A stretch of 64,000 bases of DNA from an uncultured bacterium (GCA_963695335.1 OY968764.1:192001-256000), one strand, 5' to 3'; numbered from the stretch's first letter, positions 41,033-52,471 are shown. Translations and numbers: made by a program. Notes: generated by a model not told the origin, from the sequence alone.

Positions 41033-42487
41033 TTACAACTGCTCAACAATCTGACGTTCACTAAAATAGTGCTTTGTTGTACCAATAATTTGATATTCAT
41101 CTGGACCTTTGCCCAGAAGAACAATAATAGATCCGTTATCAGATAGATGATATGCAAGCTCAATGGCGCATTTGCGATCAAGTTCTTGCACAACTTTATG
41201 ATGAGATTCTTCTGCAATGCCACACACAATATCTTGTGCAATTACAACAGGATCTTCCAAACGTGGATTATCGGAAGTGATTACAACAATATCAGCAATC
41301 TGTGATGCAATGTTACCCATCATAGGGCGTTTTGATCTGTCTCTGCCACCGCCTGCACCAAAAACTACAATTAAATGATGTGTTAATGCGCGCAAGGTAG
41401 AAAGCACCGCTTTAAATGATTCTGGGTTATGAGCATAATCAATAAAACAACGTGCACCATTAGGTAACACATGTTCTTGTAATCGCCCTGGCACACCAGG
41501 AAACGTTTGTAATGCTCGTTTAATAATCCCTGGGTGTACGTATAACTCTTGCGCCATACTTGCAGCGGCTAAAACATTGTAAGCATTATATGCACCAAAA
41601 AGCACTGGGCAAACAAAATCATCAGATTCATAACACTCTTCTGTTGCGTCTTGATACTGAATACCTAATTCAATCAATTGGGTAGGATCTGTTAAAAAAG
41701 TGCCGTGATAATCATATAAACTATTCATTTCTTGACGTGTATCAAATCCGTAAGCAAAAGCTCTTTGATAGTGATCAAGCAGTTGTTGCCCATGCTCATC
41801 ATCAGCATTAATTAACAACGGTGCATCCTCAGATGCACTCAAAAAAATAAGCGATTTTGCTTTAAAATAATCATTAAGCGTTGGATAAAATTCTAAATGT
41901 TCCAAAGAAAAGTTGGTAAAAATCACACCACAAAACGTAATACCTTCAACGCGATGCAATGTCAGTGCTTGTGCAGCAACTTCCATCACCACGTAGTCAA
42001 CGTCCTCATCAACACACATTTTTAAAAACTGCTGCAAATAATCAGGCTGTGGTGTTGTTAATGGAGCGGAAAAATTATTCCCGCAAATACGGTTTTGAGC
42101 AGAACTAATGAGCGCTGTTTTATAACCAGCAAAGCTTAAAATATGTTCAAGTAAAAACGATGTTGTTGTTTTACCTTTGGTGCCAGTGATACCAACAATT
42201 TTTAATTTTTGTGCAGGAAATCCTGCAACTTGCGCACTGAGATTTGCCAAAGCTTTTCTGGTATTATCAACACGCTCAATAACAACATTGTGCGCATGAA
42301 TAAAAGCGCACAATTCATCATCTAACGCAACAGAAAGGTGCACCACAATTGTGCGTGCACCTTTTTCAATCGCTTGTTTAATATATTTAATACCGTTATC
42401 AGAATATCCCTCGATGGCAACAAAACAAGAGTTTTGTCCCACAAAATCGGTATGACATGTGACAGGAAATATGCTTGGTATATTCAT
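41033..42487 (-). CDS. murE: UDP-N-acetylmuramoyl-tripeptide synthetase
   Basis: GITGTKGKTTT, LTTP, DYAHNP, FGAGG.RD..KRP.MG, TSDNPR.E (DAP-type DNPR), GKG. Confidence 0.92.
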   Translation of the reverse strand: MNIPSIFPVTCHTDFVGQNSCFVAIEGYSDNGIKYIKQAIEKGARTIVVHLSVALDDELCAFIHAHNVVIERVDNTRKALANLSAQVAGFPAQKLKIVGITGTKGKTTTSFLLEHILSFAGYKTALISSAQNRICGNNFSAPLTTPQPDYLQQFLKMCVDEDVDYVVMEVAAQALTLHRVEGITFCGVIFTNFSLEHLEFYPTLNDYFKAKSLIFLSASEDAPLLINADDEHGQQLLDHYQRAFAYGFDTRQEMNSLYDYHGTFLTDPTQLIELGIQYQDATEECYESDDFVCPVLFGAYNAYNVLAAASMAQELYVHPGIIKRALQTFPGVPGRLQEHVLPNGARCFIDYAHNPESFKAVLSTLRALTHHLIVVFGAGGGRDRSKRPMMGNIASQIADIVVITSDNPRLEDPVVIAQDIVCGIAEESHHKVVQELDRKCAIELAYHLSDNGSIIVLLGKGPDEYQIIGTTKHYFSERQIVEQL

Positions 42488-42497
42488 AACTATATTA

Positions 42498-43835
42498 TTA
42501 CGCTTTATATCCACGTAATTGAGCAAGTAATGTTGTTTTTACTTTTGGCAATAACATGATCAATCCATATAAGTTGATCAAAAGCATTATCGCCATAATC
42601 ATATCAGCTAAATCCCATACCAAATCAACAGTTGCAAGCGCTCCAAAAAACGCACACAAACTATACACCACTATAAATCCATAATTAAAGCGATTGTTAG
42701 TAACAAATAGCCATGCAGAACGTACAACATATGCATACGAAACCATAACACCAAGACCAAAACTGAAAGAAAGAAAACTCACAATCCATCCGCCATATAC
42801 GCCAAATACTGTATCAAAGGCTGCAATGGTTAACGCAGTACTATTAAAACCGCTATTCCATGCACCAGAAACAACAATACATAATGCAACAATAAAACCA
42901 AGACATGTACTAATAAACGTACTCACCATGCCCATAAAACCATTTTTTATTGCATCATTACTGCCTGTAGATCCAAACATAATTGCTGCTGAACCAAGGC
43001 CTGATTCTGTAGAAAAAATAGAGCGAGACATACCCGCAGAAATCATTTGTTGCAATGTGAAACCAAGGACTCCTCCACCAACTGCTTGTAACCCTAAACC
43101 ACTGGAAACAATTAAATATAACGCAGGAATTAATGATTTGTAGTGAAATAGCAAAATCACAATAGTAGAAAGCATAAACACAACAACTTTAACCGGAACA
43201 ATACTCACAGAAATTTTTACAATACGTTGTGCTCCACCAAAAAGAATGTATAAAACAAAAGCGAGCAATGCGATACCACTGAATAATGGCGCAATGCCCC
43301 ATGTGGCAGCAAGACTCACCGCCATAGAGTTAGCTTGAATAATATTACCACCAATTAATCCATAAAAAACACAGAAAAATGCGTACAAAAAAGGAAGATA
43401 TTTTCCGCCAGGAACATGCTTTAAATACAGCATTGGTCCACCGAGTGTTGTTTTTTCTGACGCTTGCGATGCATATAATGTACTTAAATACACTTCACCA
43501 AAACGAACCGCCATCAAAATAAAACCAAAAACAACAAACCAAAATGCTGCACCAGGCCCACCTGCATAAATAGCCGTTGCAACACCCGCAACAATACCAT
43601 TGCCTAAATTTGAATTAATCGTATTAATAAATGCTTGAAAAGGAGAAACTTCACCGCCAGTTTGCGCTGCTTTTTCTGATGGAGATACCGTCGCTTTTAA
43701 TGCAGTGAACAGATATCTAAACTGAATTCCACGTAAAACAAATGTATAAATAAGGCTAATTGCTACCACATACAACATTAAAGGCCATCCTGTGGCCGCT
43801 ATACCTATTTTATTAATCAATACCATAAAATCCAT
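42498..43835 (-). CDS. Alanine/glycine:cation symporter (AGCS)
   Basis: VSPFQA, GNGIVAGVATAI..GGPGAAFW, GGPMLYL, RSIFSTESGLGSA. Confidence 0.92.
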   Translation of the reverse strand: MDFMVLINKIGIAATGWPLMLYVVAISLIYTFVLRGIQFRYLFTALKATVSPSEKAAQTGGEVSPFQAFINTINSNLGNGIVAGVATAIYAGGPGAAFWFVVFGFILMAVRFGEVYLSTLYASQASEKTTLGGPMLYLKHVPGGKYLPFLYAFFCVFYGLIGGNIIQANSMAVSLAATWGIAPLFSGIALLAFVLYILFGGAQRIVKISVSIVPVKVVVFMLSTIVILLFHYKSLIPALYLIVSSGLGLQAVGGGVLGFTLQQMISAGMSRSIFSTESGLGSAAIMFGSTGSNDAIKNGFMGMVSTFISTCLGFIVALCIVVSGAWNSGFNSTALTIAAFDTVFGVYGGWIVSFLSFSFGLGVMVSYAYVVRSAWLFVTNNRFNYGFIVVYSLCAFFGALATVDLVWDLADMIMAIMLLINLYGLIMLLPKVKTTLLAQLRGYKA

Positions 43836-43921
43836 AATGCTTCCTTGAAAAAAAATAATTTTCACAACAATCACAAATTCAGTATACTGAAATTTTAATA
43901 TTTGGATAAGGTAAAAAAACA

Positions 43922-44353
43922 ATGAAAATTCTTGCACTTGATATTGGTGATCGTTGGACCGGTGTTGCAATTTCAGATCCACTGGGCATTTTACCTCGTC
44001 CTTATGATACTCTTAAAACTACAGAACTTTTTACTTCCCTTGAAAAAATCATTGAAAAAGAACGCGTTTCTACTATTGTTGTGGGACTTCCAACAACACT
44101 ACGCGGAACTGAAAGTGATCAAACCAAAAAAGTTCTTGCTATGACAGAAGATCTCAAAAAACTTTTTCCTGCTATTGAATGGAAAATGTGGGATGAACGG
44201 TTAACGAGTAAACAAGCTTCCACTCTTAAGTCTACAAAAACAAAAGAAGATAAATTACGCTCCCATGCTATTGCTGCTGCTATTTTTTTAAGCTCCTATC
44301 TTGAATATAAACGTTTTCACGAAAACTCCATTAACGAAGTTGACAACTCATAG
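43922..44353 (+). CDS. ruvX: RuvX/YqgF pre-16S rRNA nuclease
   Basis: ILALDIG...GVAISD, VVGLP, WDERLTS. Confidence 0.93.
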   Translation: MKILALDIGDRWTGVAISDPLGILPRPYDTLKTTELFTSLEKIIEKERVSTIVVGLPTTLRGTESDQTKKVLAMTEDLKKLFPAIEWKMWDERLTSKQASTLKSTKTKEDKLRSHAIAAAIFLSSYLEYKRFHENSINEVDNS

Positions 44354-44461
44354 AGTTATGCTCTACGTTGAAACTCAAAAGGGAAACAATAAAACAAGAT
44401 CCTAATTGAGGTCCCCATGTAAAATGCAATGTAACATGGGGTAAAACAGAAAGGGTAGTGT

Positions 44462-44641
44462 ATGAAGTGCCAAAAATGTGATGGATTATTAATCCTTCAA
44501 TCATTTTTTGATAACCCTCTTAATTTTGAAGGGTGGAAATGTTTAAATTGTGGTAAAATAGTACTCAAGAAAGAAAAACCGATAGAATATGATTCGTTTA
44601 GTCTTTTTTACCAACAACAAAAATCTAAAAACCGCAACTAA
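44462..44641 (+). CDS. 59-aa Zn-ribbon protein (below the ORF-track cutoff)
   Basis: MKCQKCDGLL...EGWKCLNCGK with two CxxC motifs; AAGGG RBS; fills the gap between ruvX and tsaB. Confidence 0.75.
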   Translation: MKCQKCDGLLILQSFFDNPLNFEGWKCLNCGKIVLKKEKPIEYDSFSLFYQQQKSKNRN

Positions 44642-44649
44642 AGATACCA

Positions 44650-45318
44650 ATGCATTCCTACATAGCAATTCAAAACACCTATGACGTTTTTGAGATAGCG
44701 CTTTTTACCAATAATGAACTTATCGGTAAAAAGCGCGAAAATAAGTATCACGCAAGCAAATTGTTCATCCCATTATTGGATGAACTTCTCACAGAAAATA
44801 ACGTAAAAATCAGTGATTTTGATTTTTGCGCGGTCAATTGCGGCCCCGGACCGTTTTCTACGTTGCGATCAATTATCGCTTCAGTCAATGGCTTGCATTT
44901 TGCAACCAACATACCTCTGATTGGTGTTGATGGTCTTGATGCAACGTTTCTAGAATTTTATGATAACAACTACCAACACACAATTGTTTTATTAAATGCT
45001 TTTAATAATGAAGTATATTATTTAATCGCTGATGGCAAACAGATTCTCAGCAAGGGCTATCAAAAAACTGATCTGTTTTTGCAGGAAATCAAACAACAAA
45101 TACCAGCACCCGTTAACTTTATTGGCAATGGAGTCTCCCTGCACCAATCTCTCATCACAGAAAAACTTGGCAATAATGCCGTTATTAAAGAACCAAATCC
45201 CGCAATGTGTTCAGTAGAAATGATTGGCAAAATTGGACTAGAAAAATGGCTCCTTAAACAAGGAGCCACTACGTATGTTATGCCATTGCATCTTAAAAAG
45301 CATGCTGTGGAATTGTAA
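44650..45318 (+). CDS. tsaB: tRNA threonylcarbamoyladenosine biosynthesis protein TsaB
   Basis: AVNCGPGPFSTLR, NGL, IPLIGV, FIGNG. Confidence 0.88.
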   Translation: MHSYIAIQNTYDVFEIALFTNNELIGKKRENKYHASKLFIPLLDELLTENNVKISDFDFCAVNCGPGPFSTLRSIIASVNGLHFATNIPLIGVDGLDATFLEFYDNNYQHTIVLLNAFNNEVYYLIADGKQILSKGYQKTDLFLQEIKQQIPAPVNFIGNGVSLHQSLITEKLGNNAVIKEPNPAMCSVEMIGKIGLEKWLLKQGATTYVMPLHLKKHAVEL

Positions 45319-45326
45319 AAAATTAA

Positions 45327-46379
45327 TTACGCTAACGTATACCAAATAGCACGACCTTTTCCATGTCGCATTATATATTTTTGATCAATTAAAAAATTCA
45401 AATGTTTTTTTATAGTACTACGTGAAGCATGTGTAATTTGTACAATGTCGACCATGGTAGCTCTATTTTTCTGCTGAATCAATTGTAAAATATCTGCTGC
45501 CAATGGAGGCACCGATGGACGCGCTATTTGTTCATGTTTTATTTTGACTTCTAAATGTTCAATTTGTTTAACCAAAGAACGTAAAAAATAAAGCAACCAT
45601 GGATCAAAATCTGGCGTCTTTGTTTTAAATGTTGTTTGTGTACGCCGCAGGGCACGATAATACCCTTCTTTGTTGTGCTCTATAATTGATTCTAATGCAC
45701 TGTAAGAAACATATGAATAATCAGACTTTAATAAAAGTAATGTTGTTAAAACACGCGATAATCTGCCGTTACCATCTTGAAAAGGATGAATTGCTAAAAA
45801 TACAACTATAAAAACAGCTATCACAATCAATGGATTCAATGAATGGCTCATTAAAGCATTATTAGTCCAATCAACAAGTTGTTCCATTTCTCGTGGGGTA
45901 TCAAATGGTGATGAAGTTGCAAAAACAATACCTAGTGACTTTCCTTGTGAATCAAAAGCCTCAACGTTATTAGGATGTTTTTTATACTCGCCGCGATGGC
46001 GCATATCTTTTGTTGAATACTGAAGCAACATGGCATGTAATTGCTTAATATAGTTTTCAGTCAAAGGGATATATTCATAACTTGCAAATACTTCCTCCAT
46101 AACATATCCATATCCTGCAATTTCTTCTTCATCTCGAGATTTAAATGATTTTGTGGTAAGACCTGACAATAATGCTTCTACTTCGCGATCTGAGAGCTTT
46201 GCCCCCTCTATTCTGGTAGATGATCCTATGCTCTCGATAGTAGCAACATAACGTAATCTTTTAAGTTGCTCTGGCGCCAAACTATGCTTTAATGTGGGCC
46301 ATGCATCATTAAATGTATTAATTTTGTCGATCAATGCTTGCAGTTCCGCAGAAAGTGTTATTTTCTCAATTTTAATCAT
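45327..46379 (-). CDS. Fic family protein with C-terminal wHTH
   Basis: SIGSSTRIEG and HPFQDGNGRLSR. Confidence 0.93.
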   Translation of the reverse strand: MIKIEKITLSAELQALIDKINTFNDAWPTLKHSLAPEQLKRLRYVATIESIGSSTRIEGAKLSDREVEALLSGLTTKSFKSRDEEEIAGYGYVMEEVFASYEYIPLTENYIKQLHAMLLQYSTKDMRHRGEYKKHPNNVEAFDSQGKSLGIVFATSSPFDTPREMEQLVDWTNNALMSHSLNPLIVIAVFIVVFLAIHPFQDGNGRLSRVLTTLLLLKSDYSYVSYSALESIIEHNKEGYYRALRRTQTTFKTKTPDFDPWLLYFLRSLVKQIEHLEVKIKHEQIARPSVPPLAADILQLIQQKNRATMVDIVQITHASRSTIKKHLNFLIDQKYIMRHGKGRAIWYTLA

Positions 46380-46518
46380 TAATATCCTTTTGATAAAGGT
46401 TACACCTTAAGCTTATTGTATCACATTGCCACCTCAAACGTCCACCAACTTATAGAAATCACCCACAAATGACCGATTTATATCAAAAAAAGGAGAGTTT
46501 TTTCTCCTTTTTAACTCA

Positions 46519-46809
46519 TTATCCTTTATTGGCGAGTAAGCGTCTCTCTTCTAACTTCGCATCGCGCCAGAGTCGTGATTCTGCTTCCGAGATTAATTGA
46601 CGCTTATTATTCTGCTCCCATATTTGCAGCTCTAACTTATTATTCTGCTGCCACAAAGCCAATTCTCGACTCACAGATGGCTGCATACTTTCTGCTCTTC
46701 GGCCTATCGCCAACTTTTGTTCTAGTGATAATCCGTTTTTATCCATAGCAACTAAAGAACAACCCAAGAAACTAAACCCTACTATCATGCAATTAATTTT
46801 TGTCATCAT
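46519..46809 (-). CDS. Small secreted hypothetical protein
   Basis: Signal peptide + MDK. Confidence 0.6.
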   Translation of the reverse strand: MMTKINCMIVGFSFLGCSLVAMDKNGLSLEQKLAIGRRAESMQPSVSRELALWQQNNKLELQIWEQNNKRQLISEAESRLWRDAKLEERRLLANKG

Positions 46810-46822
46810 TGAACCCTATTTT

Positions 46823-47749
46823 TTACGCCGCACCATATTCTCGTAACAACTGCTCGGCGGAATGATACTGATTTTTCATAGCAACAGATAACGCAGTACC
46901 CGTTGTACTCACGCGGTCAACCACCGCCCCTGCATCAAGCAATATTCGCATTATATCCATATTATTTTTTTCAACCGCTGCAATGAGCAAGGTTTTGCCA
47001 GCTTGCGTACGATTAACATCCGCATGTGCATGACGAATTAATAAACCCATTAATTTACTATTTTTGTTATGTTCAACAATATGCCACAACAATGATGAAG
47101 CTTTTTCTTGAGAAAGACGAACTTTTTTAATAAACAGTTGTTCAACCGCGTGATAATCGTCATCGTTCACTGCAAACGTAAAAGCTTGTTCAGCGCAAGA
47201 AGCAAGAAAATTACACGGAGCTTTTCCTGTTTTTTGACGATCTTTGCCCCATGCAATCACCAAACCAATCAAATCAATGTATCTGCTTTTAACCAACGTT
47301 ACCAATGCTGGTGTTTTGCCATGCAATGTGGGATATTTACAAAGAAGATCCAATAGATCATATTGAATATTTTTTTTACAACCACAATGCGCAACCACTC
47401 CATACACAATGTTTATTTTTTCTTCAGATGATAGTTCTATGCTTTGATCGTTAATCATTTTTTCAGCAATATCATACACAAATCTGCACTGAAACTGACT
47501 CATCACTTTAACAATCAGATCAATATCATGACTCAAAAACAAAGCATTCATTGTTTCATATGCCTGATCTAATGATAGAACAGTCATTGGATCTGCTTTA
47601 AAATTAAAAACATCAATATGGGTGGCTGTTATAATATTTTTTTTATTATTATTCAAAAATAGTATACTAACCCCAAAAAAACCCATAATGATACATAATC
47701 GTAAAATTCCTGCTTGCCTGCTTTCCATTACACTCTCCCCTGTCCTCAC
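46823..47749 (-). CDS. Ankyrin-repeat protein with N-terminal TM
   Basis: GKTLLIAAVEKNN...LLDAGA, GTALSVA...LLREYGA. Confidence 0.85.
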   Translation of the reverse strand: MRTGESVMESRQAGILRLCIIMGFFGVSILFLNNNKKNIITATHIDVFNFKADPMTVLSLDQAYETMNALFLSHDIDLIVKVMSQFQCRFVYDIAEKMINDQSIELSSEEKINIVYGVVAHCGCKKNIQYDLLDLLCKYPTLHGKTPALVTLVKSRYIDLIGLVIAWGKDRQKTGKAPCNFLASCAEQAFTFAVNDDDYHAVEQLFIKKVRLSQEKASSLLWHIVEHNKNSKLMGLLIRHAHADVNRTQAGKTLLIAAVEKNNMDIMRILLDAGAVVDRVSTTGTALSVAMKNQYHSAEQLLREYGAA

Positions 47750-47854
47750 TCAAAAACTGATCCACCCACCCTTAATTAATAACAGTGTAATACTCAAAAA
47801 TATAAAAAATCAATAAAAATGTAAGTACTATTTGAATACATTTTATTGCGCAAC

Positions 47855-48628
47855 TTACACAAAAAGAGAACGAATAAAACCAGCAGCAAGCCCTGTTGCT
47901 TGAACAGCACGCATAATGGTAGGAGTAAGAGCACAAAAAATAAAATTATGAGCTCGTACCGTTTCTTTTTCTTCTAACGTTAAATCTCCCTCTGGTCCAA
48001 CTAAAAGCACTATATGGGCAGGTTGTTGATCGCGCAACCCTTGCGCAACATCAAAAAAGGGTTTTCCTTGCGGATCAAAAAAAAGTTTGCTTTCGTAACT
48101 GTTATACTTTTTTAAAGCATCCTGAAGAGAAATTGGTTCATGAAACATAGGATACGCAAAGTTTTTTGACTGTTCTGCTGCAGCAATCATAATACGCTGA
48201 GAACGATCCTTATCACGCTCACCAGACCATTTATTTCCTGTTTTTTGTGTATAAATCAATTGAATGTTGTTTGCTCCAATTTCCGTCAAACTGTATAAAG
48301 CAGCTTCATAATCTTCACGCTTAAACATTGGCAATAAAAAAGTGATGTGGGGTTGCAAAATAACGGTTGAATATATCGAATGTATAGCAATTTGAACCTG
48401 TTTTTTTCCAACAAAAGTATTAATGGTAACATTAATATATGTATCTCTATCAAACAAGATACATTGATCATTACTGCACAATCGCAAAACATTCATCATG
48501 CGATGCACTAATGTTTCATCAGACAATATAAGAATGTCGCCGGAACCTTTTTGTTGTAGTAGCAAAGATAATGATTCTGTATACAAAGCAAATTCATGCT
48601 TATCTTTATGCGCTATTGTGCCATCCAT
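47855..48628 (-). CDS. rsmE: 16S rRNA m3U1498 methyltransferase
   Basis: HRMMNVLR, LTEIG, AAEQS, VGPEGDLT, IMRA. Confidence 0.85.
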   Translation of the reverse strand: MDGTIAHKDKHEFALYTESLSLLLQQKGSGDILILSDETLVHRMMNVLRLCSNDQCILFDRDTYINVTINTFVGKKQVQIAIHSIYSTVILQPHITFLLPMFKREDYEAALYSLTEIGANNIQLIYTQKTGNKWSGERDKDRSQRIMIAAAEQSKNFAYPMFHEPISLQDALKKYNSYESKLFFDPQGKPFFDVAQGLRDQQPAHIVLLVGPEGDLTLEEKETVRAHNFIFCALTPTIMRAVQATGLAAGFIRSLFV

Positions 48629-48654
48629 GGGAAATATGTTCTTCTTTCAATAAT

Positions 48655-49059
48655 TTATGCTTTTATGAGTCTCGTAAACCAGTTATTCAGTGTTTGTTTG
48701 ATGTCTGAGCAATACGCATGTGTAATTTCTCTAATGGCCATATACTGTATCAGTACAAATCCAAACATCTCTTGTATTAATGCTTTCGCACCTGATATTG
48801 TTTCCGGTTGTGCTTCATCACAAACATGTTGATCATACTCATCAATAGCAATTTGATTATTTTGCTGAATCACTTGATATTCATCAGTTTGATTGGTTTG
48901 CTGATATCCGTATTCATCTTTAAGGTTATCTGCCGCATCAAGAAAAGATATTTGCGAAGGGTCTTGATCATACTCTCTTTGTATGAGCTGACTACCATAA
49001 AAAGCATTGCTTGCATTGCTTATCAGAACAACTCCAAGCACAATTGCTATCTTTTTCAT
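48655..49059 (-). CDS. Secreted hypothetical protein
   Basis: Signal peptide MKKIAIVLGVVLISNASNA; AAGGG RBS. Confidence 0.7.
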   Translation of the reverse strand: MKKIAIVLGVVLISNASNAFYGSQLIQREYDQDPSQISFLDAADNLKDEYGYQQTNQTDEYQVIQQNNQIAIDEYDQHVCDEAQPETISGAKALIQEMFGFVLIQYMAIREITHAYCSDIKQTLNNWFTRLIKA

Positions 49060-49182
49060 AAAAATCCCTTTTTCTCATAAAAATTAATCATTACAACGCT
49101 CATAATATAAATTATCTCAAAAATTAAAAAAAGCTCTTTTTTTACAAAGAGCTTTTAAATCGCTATAGATAAAGAAAAAATT

Positions 49183-49488
49183 TTATTGATTAAAATCTAA
49201 ACGACGTACAATACCTGCAGGTTGTCTATCTCCCTGGTCATACTGCTGTTCTGCAAGTTGCCTTTCAACCCGATTCAATCGAGCCTGTTCCATTCTTTGC
49301 CGATGAGCTTGCTCTCTATCCTGACGCAATTGTCGTAGCATTTCCTCACGTTGGCGATTTTCTTCTGCTCGTCTTATATCTTCTATATGCTCTGGGGTTG
49401 CTACCCCCTCTGACATATATTCCATTGAAAACATATTAGCAGCTGTGATTAATAAAAAAACAACCACAAGATTACATAGCTTATTCAT
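49183..49488 (-). CDS. Small secreted charged protein
   Basis: GAGG RBS; signal peptide + MEY; R/E/Q-rich coil. Confidence 0.65.
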   Translation of the reverse strand: MNKLCNLVVVFLLITAANMFSMEYMSEGVATPEHIEDIRRAEENRQREEMLRQLRQDREQAHRQRMEQARLNRVERQLAEQQYDQGDRQPAGIVRRLDFNQ

Positions 49489-49525
49489 GATATCCTCTAT
49501 ATTTACAATTATATTTATACTATAT

Positions 49526-49795
49526 CTAATATCCCTTTGAATATTTCTGAAACACTCTATCCCTTGCAAAATTTCGTCTTTGCTCTTGATCAGCTTCTCT
49601 CTCTCTTGCCCTATACTCTCGTTCTTCTGCCAATACTTGAACTTCTCGTTCTGCAGCTTCTCGCGATTTTCGAGCTGCCTCTTCTTGTGCTATATTTTGC
49701 GCATGCTCATACGATATTGCATCTTCTCGCATCGAAAACAGATTCATTGTGACTATTGCTAAAAAACTAACCATGAAATTAATTAGTTTTTTCAT
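49526..49795 (-). CDS. Small secreted charged protein (related to the neighbour)
   Basis: GGAGG RBS; signal peptide + MRE; leader similar to 49488. Confidence 0.65.
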   Translation of the reverse strand: MKKLINFMVSFLAIVTMNLFSMREDAISYEHAQNIAQEEAARKSREAAEREVQVLAEEREYRAREREADQEQRRNFARDRVFQKYSKGY

Positions 49796-50001
49796 AATAC
49801 CCTCCATTTTTTTACAATTTCTATTTGCATCATACACATATAAAATATATCACATTCTACCTCTTTACTTCAATAATAATTATTCTTTTTGTAAAAATAA
49901 CATCTTGATGTATAAAGACTCATATTGAGAAAAGCTTATTTTTTTGCTACTCTTGGCAAGTAGACGATATAGCTTTAAACCTGATACCAATGGGGATTGC
50001 A

Positions 50002-52439
50002 ATGATCTCACGAATTCTCGCGAAAATAGTCGGCACCAATAATGAACGTCAATTAAAAAAAATGCTCCCCATTATTGAAAAAATTAATGCTCTTGAACCT
50101 TCAATGCTCGCATTAACCAATGAAGAGCTTGCTCATAAAACCATTGAATTTAAAGAACAAATCTCTGCCGGCAAACATTTAGATACTATTCTGCCGGAAA
50201 CTTTTGCCGTTGTGCGTGAAGCAGCTCGCCGTACACTTGGTCAACGCCACTTTGATGTGCAGTTAATGGGTGGTATTGTTTTACATCAAGGAAAAATCTC
50301 AGAAATGAAAACAGGTGAAGGTAAAACGCTCACCGCAACACTCCCTCTCTATCTTAATGCCTTAGCTGGCAAAGGCGCCCATCTTATCACCGTCAATGAT
50401 TATCTTGCACGCCGTGACTCTGAATGGATGAGTCCTGTGTACAGCTTTTTGGGTTTAAGAGTTGCATGTCTTCAAAACGCAATGAATGATACAGAGCGTA
50501 AAGATGCCTACCAAGCAGATATTTTATACGCAACTAATAATGAACTTGGATTTGACTATCTACGCGACAACATGAAATTCCGTGAAAGTGATCTATGTAC
50601 AACGCGAACTTTCTTTTGGTATTGTTGATGAAGTGGATTCAATTTTAATTGATGAAGCTCGTACTCCACTCATTATTTCTGGCAGTTCAGAAGAAGTTTC
50701 ATCATTATACCGCGATGCCGACAGGGTTGTTTCTTATCTTGAAAAAAATGTTGATTATGAAGTTGATGAAAAAGCCCGCAACGTTATCTTAACTGAATCT
50801 GGTATTGATAAAGTTGAAGCGGCTTTTAATATCAAAAATCTCTTTCTTGTTGAGTACATGCAACTATTACATCACATCAACCAAGCATTACGCGCGCATT
50901 CCCTTTTTAAACGAGATGTTGAATATGTTGTTGCTGATAACCAAGTGCTTATTGTGGATGAATTTACCGGACGTATTTTACCAGGACGGCGCTATAGCGA
51001 TGGGTTGCACCAAGCAATTGAAGCTAAAGAAAATGTAGAAATTGAACGAGAAAGCCAAACATTAGCAAGTATCACATTACAAAACTTTTTCAGACTTTAT
51101 AAAAAACTCGCTGGTATGACTGGTACTGCTGCAACTGAAAGTGAAGAATTCCATAACATTTATAAACTTGATGTTATTTCTATTCCAACAAATCGCCCTA
51201 TGACTCAGAAAAGATATGCCTGATCTTATCTTTTTGACAAAAAATGCAAAATACAAAGCTATTATAGAAGATATCACTGAGCGTCATAAAAAAAATCAAC
51301 CAGTTCTGATTGGTACCATTGCAATTGAAACATCAGAACTATTAAGTGCAATTTTAACAGCAAGTGGTATTCGCCATGAAGTGTTAAACGCAAAACAACA
51401 TGCACGTGAAGCGGAAATTATTGCGCATGCAGGAGAACCTGGGCGTATCACCATTGCAACTAATATGGCTGGCCGTGGTACAGATATCAAACTTACTCCA
51501 GAATCTATTCAAGCAGGAGGTTTATATATTCTTGGAACTGAACGTCATGAAAGCAGACGTATTGATAATCAGCTGCGTGGACGTTCTGGACGTCAAGGCG
51601 ATCCAGGTGAATCACGATTTTACATATCTCTTGAAGATGATCTTGCACGTATTTTTGGTGGAGATTCATTAAAAAACAAAATGGTGTTTGTGGGAATGCA
51701 AGAAGATGAAGTGATTGAATCCGGCTTGGTTTCTCGTACCATTGAACGCGCTCAAGAACGTGTAGAAAAACATAACTTTGACAACCGTAAACATCTACTT
51801 GAATATGATGATGTGCTTAATCAGCAACGCATCGTAATCTATAATCATCGTCTTGATGCACTTGCTGGTGAAAACCGCATTTATGAACTGATTCGTGATT
51901 TTATTATCACGATTGTACAAGATCTTGTAACGTATAATGCGCCACAAAACACACTCAAACAAGAACAAGTTGCTAAAATTTACGAAGCATTGGTATATAT
52001 TACTGGCCTTAAACAAACAGATTTTTCTGCTGCAGGCATTAGCACTTCTAACAGTGAGCTGTTCCAAAAGGATCTTATTAATTTTATTCTTGAACAATAC
52101 GACCTGTATCGCAGAAAGTTCAATGAAAACATTATTAAAAATGCGGAAAAGTGGCTTGTTTTAGAAACAATTGATCAAGCGTGGCGCCAGCATATGCTTA
52201 ATCTTGATCATCTTAAAGAAGGCATTGGATTGCGTGGATGGGGACAAAAAAATCCACTTATTGAATATAAACGTGAAGCATTTGATATGTTCCGTGAAAT
52301 GATGTCACATATCCGTTTTGATATTGTGCATCACATATTCCATCTGAACCTCACACAATTTAATGAACAAGAACTTGAGCAACGCCGTGATGCTGAGCTT
52401 GAGCATCTCAATCTCTCCGGCACTGGCGATCCAGCATAA
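50002..52439 (+). CDS. secA: Preprotein translocase SecA; two apparent +1 frameshifts (near 50593 and near 51206)
   Basis: [75 protein letters not shown] across three ORFs. Confidence 0.95.
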
Positions 52440-52471
52440 AAATAAAACCCCTGAAAAACAGGGGTTTTTTA

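Noticed and set aside
50580..51225. Programmed frameshifting in secA
   Set aside because: No slippery sequence at either site; single-base insertion errors are more likely.
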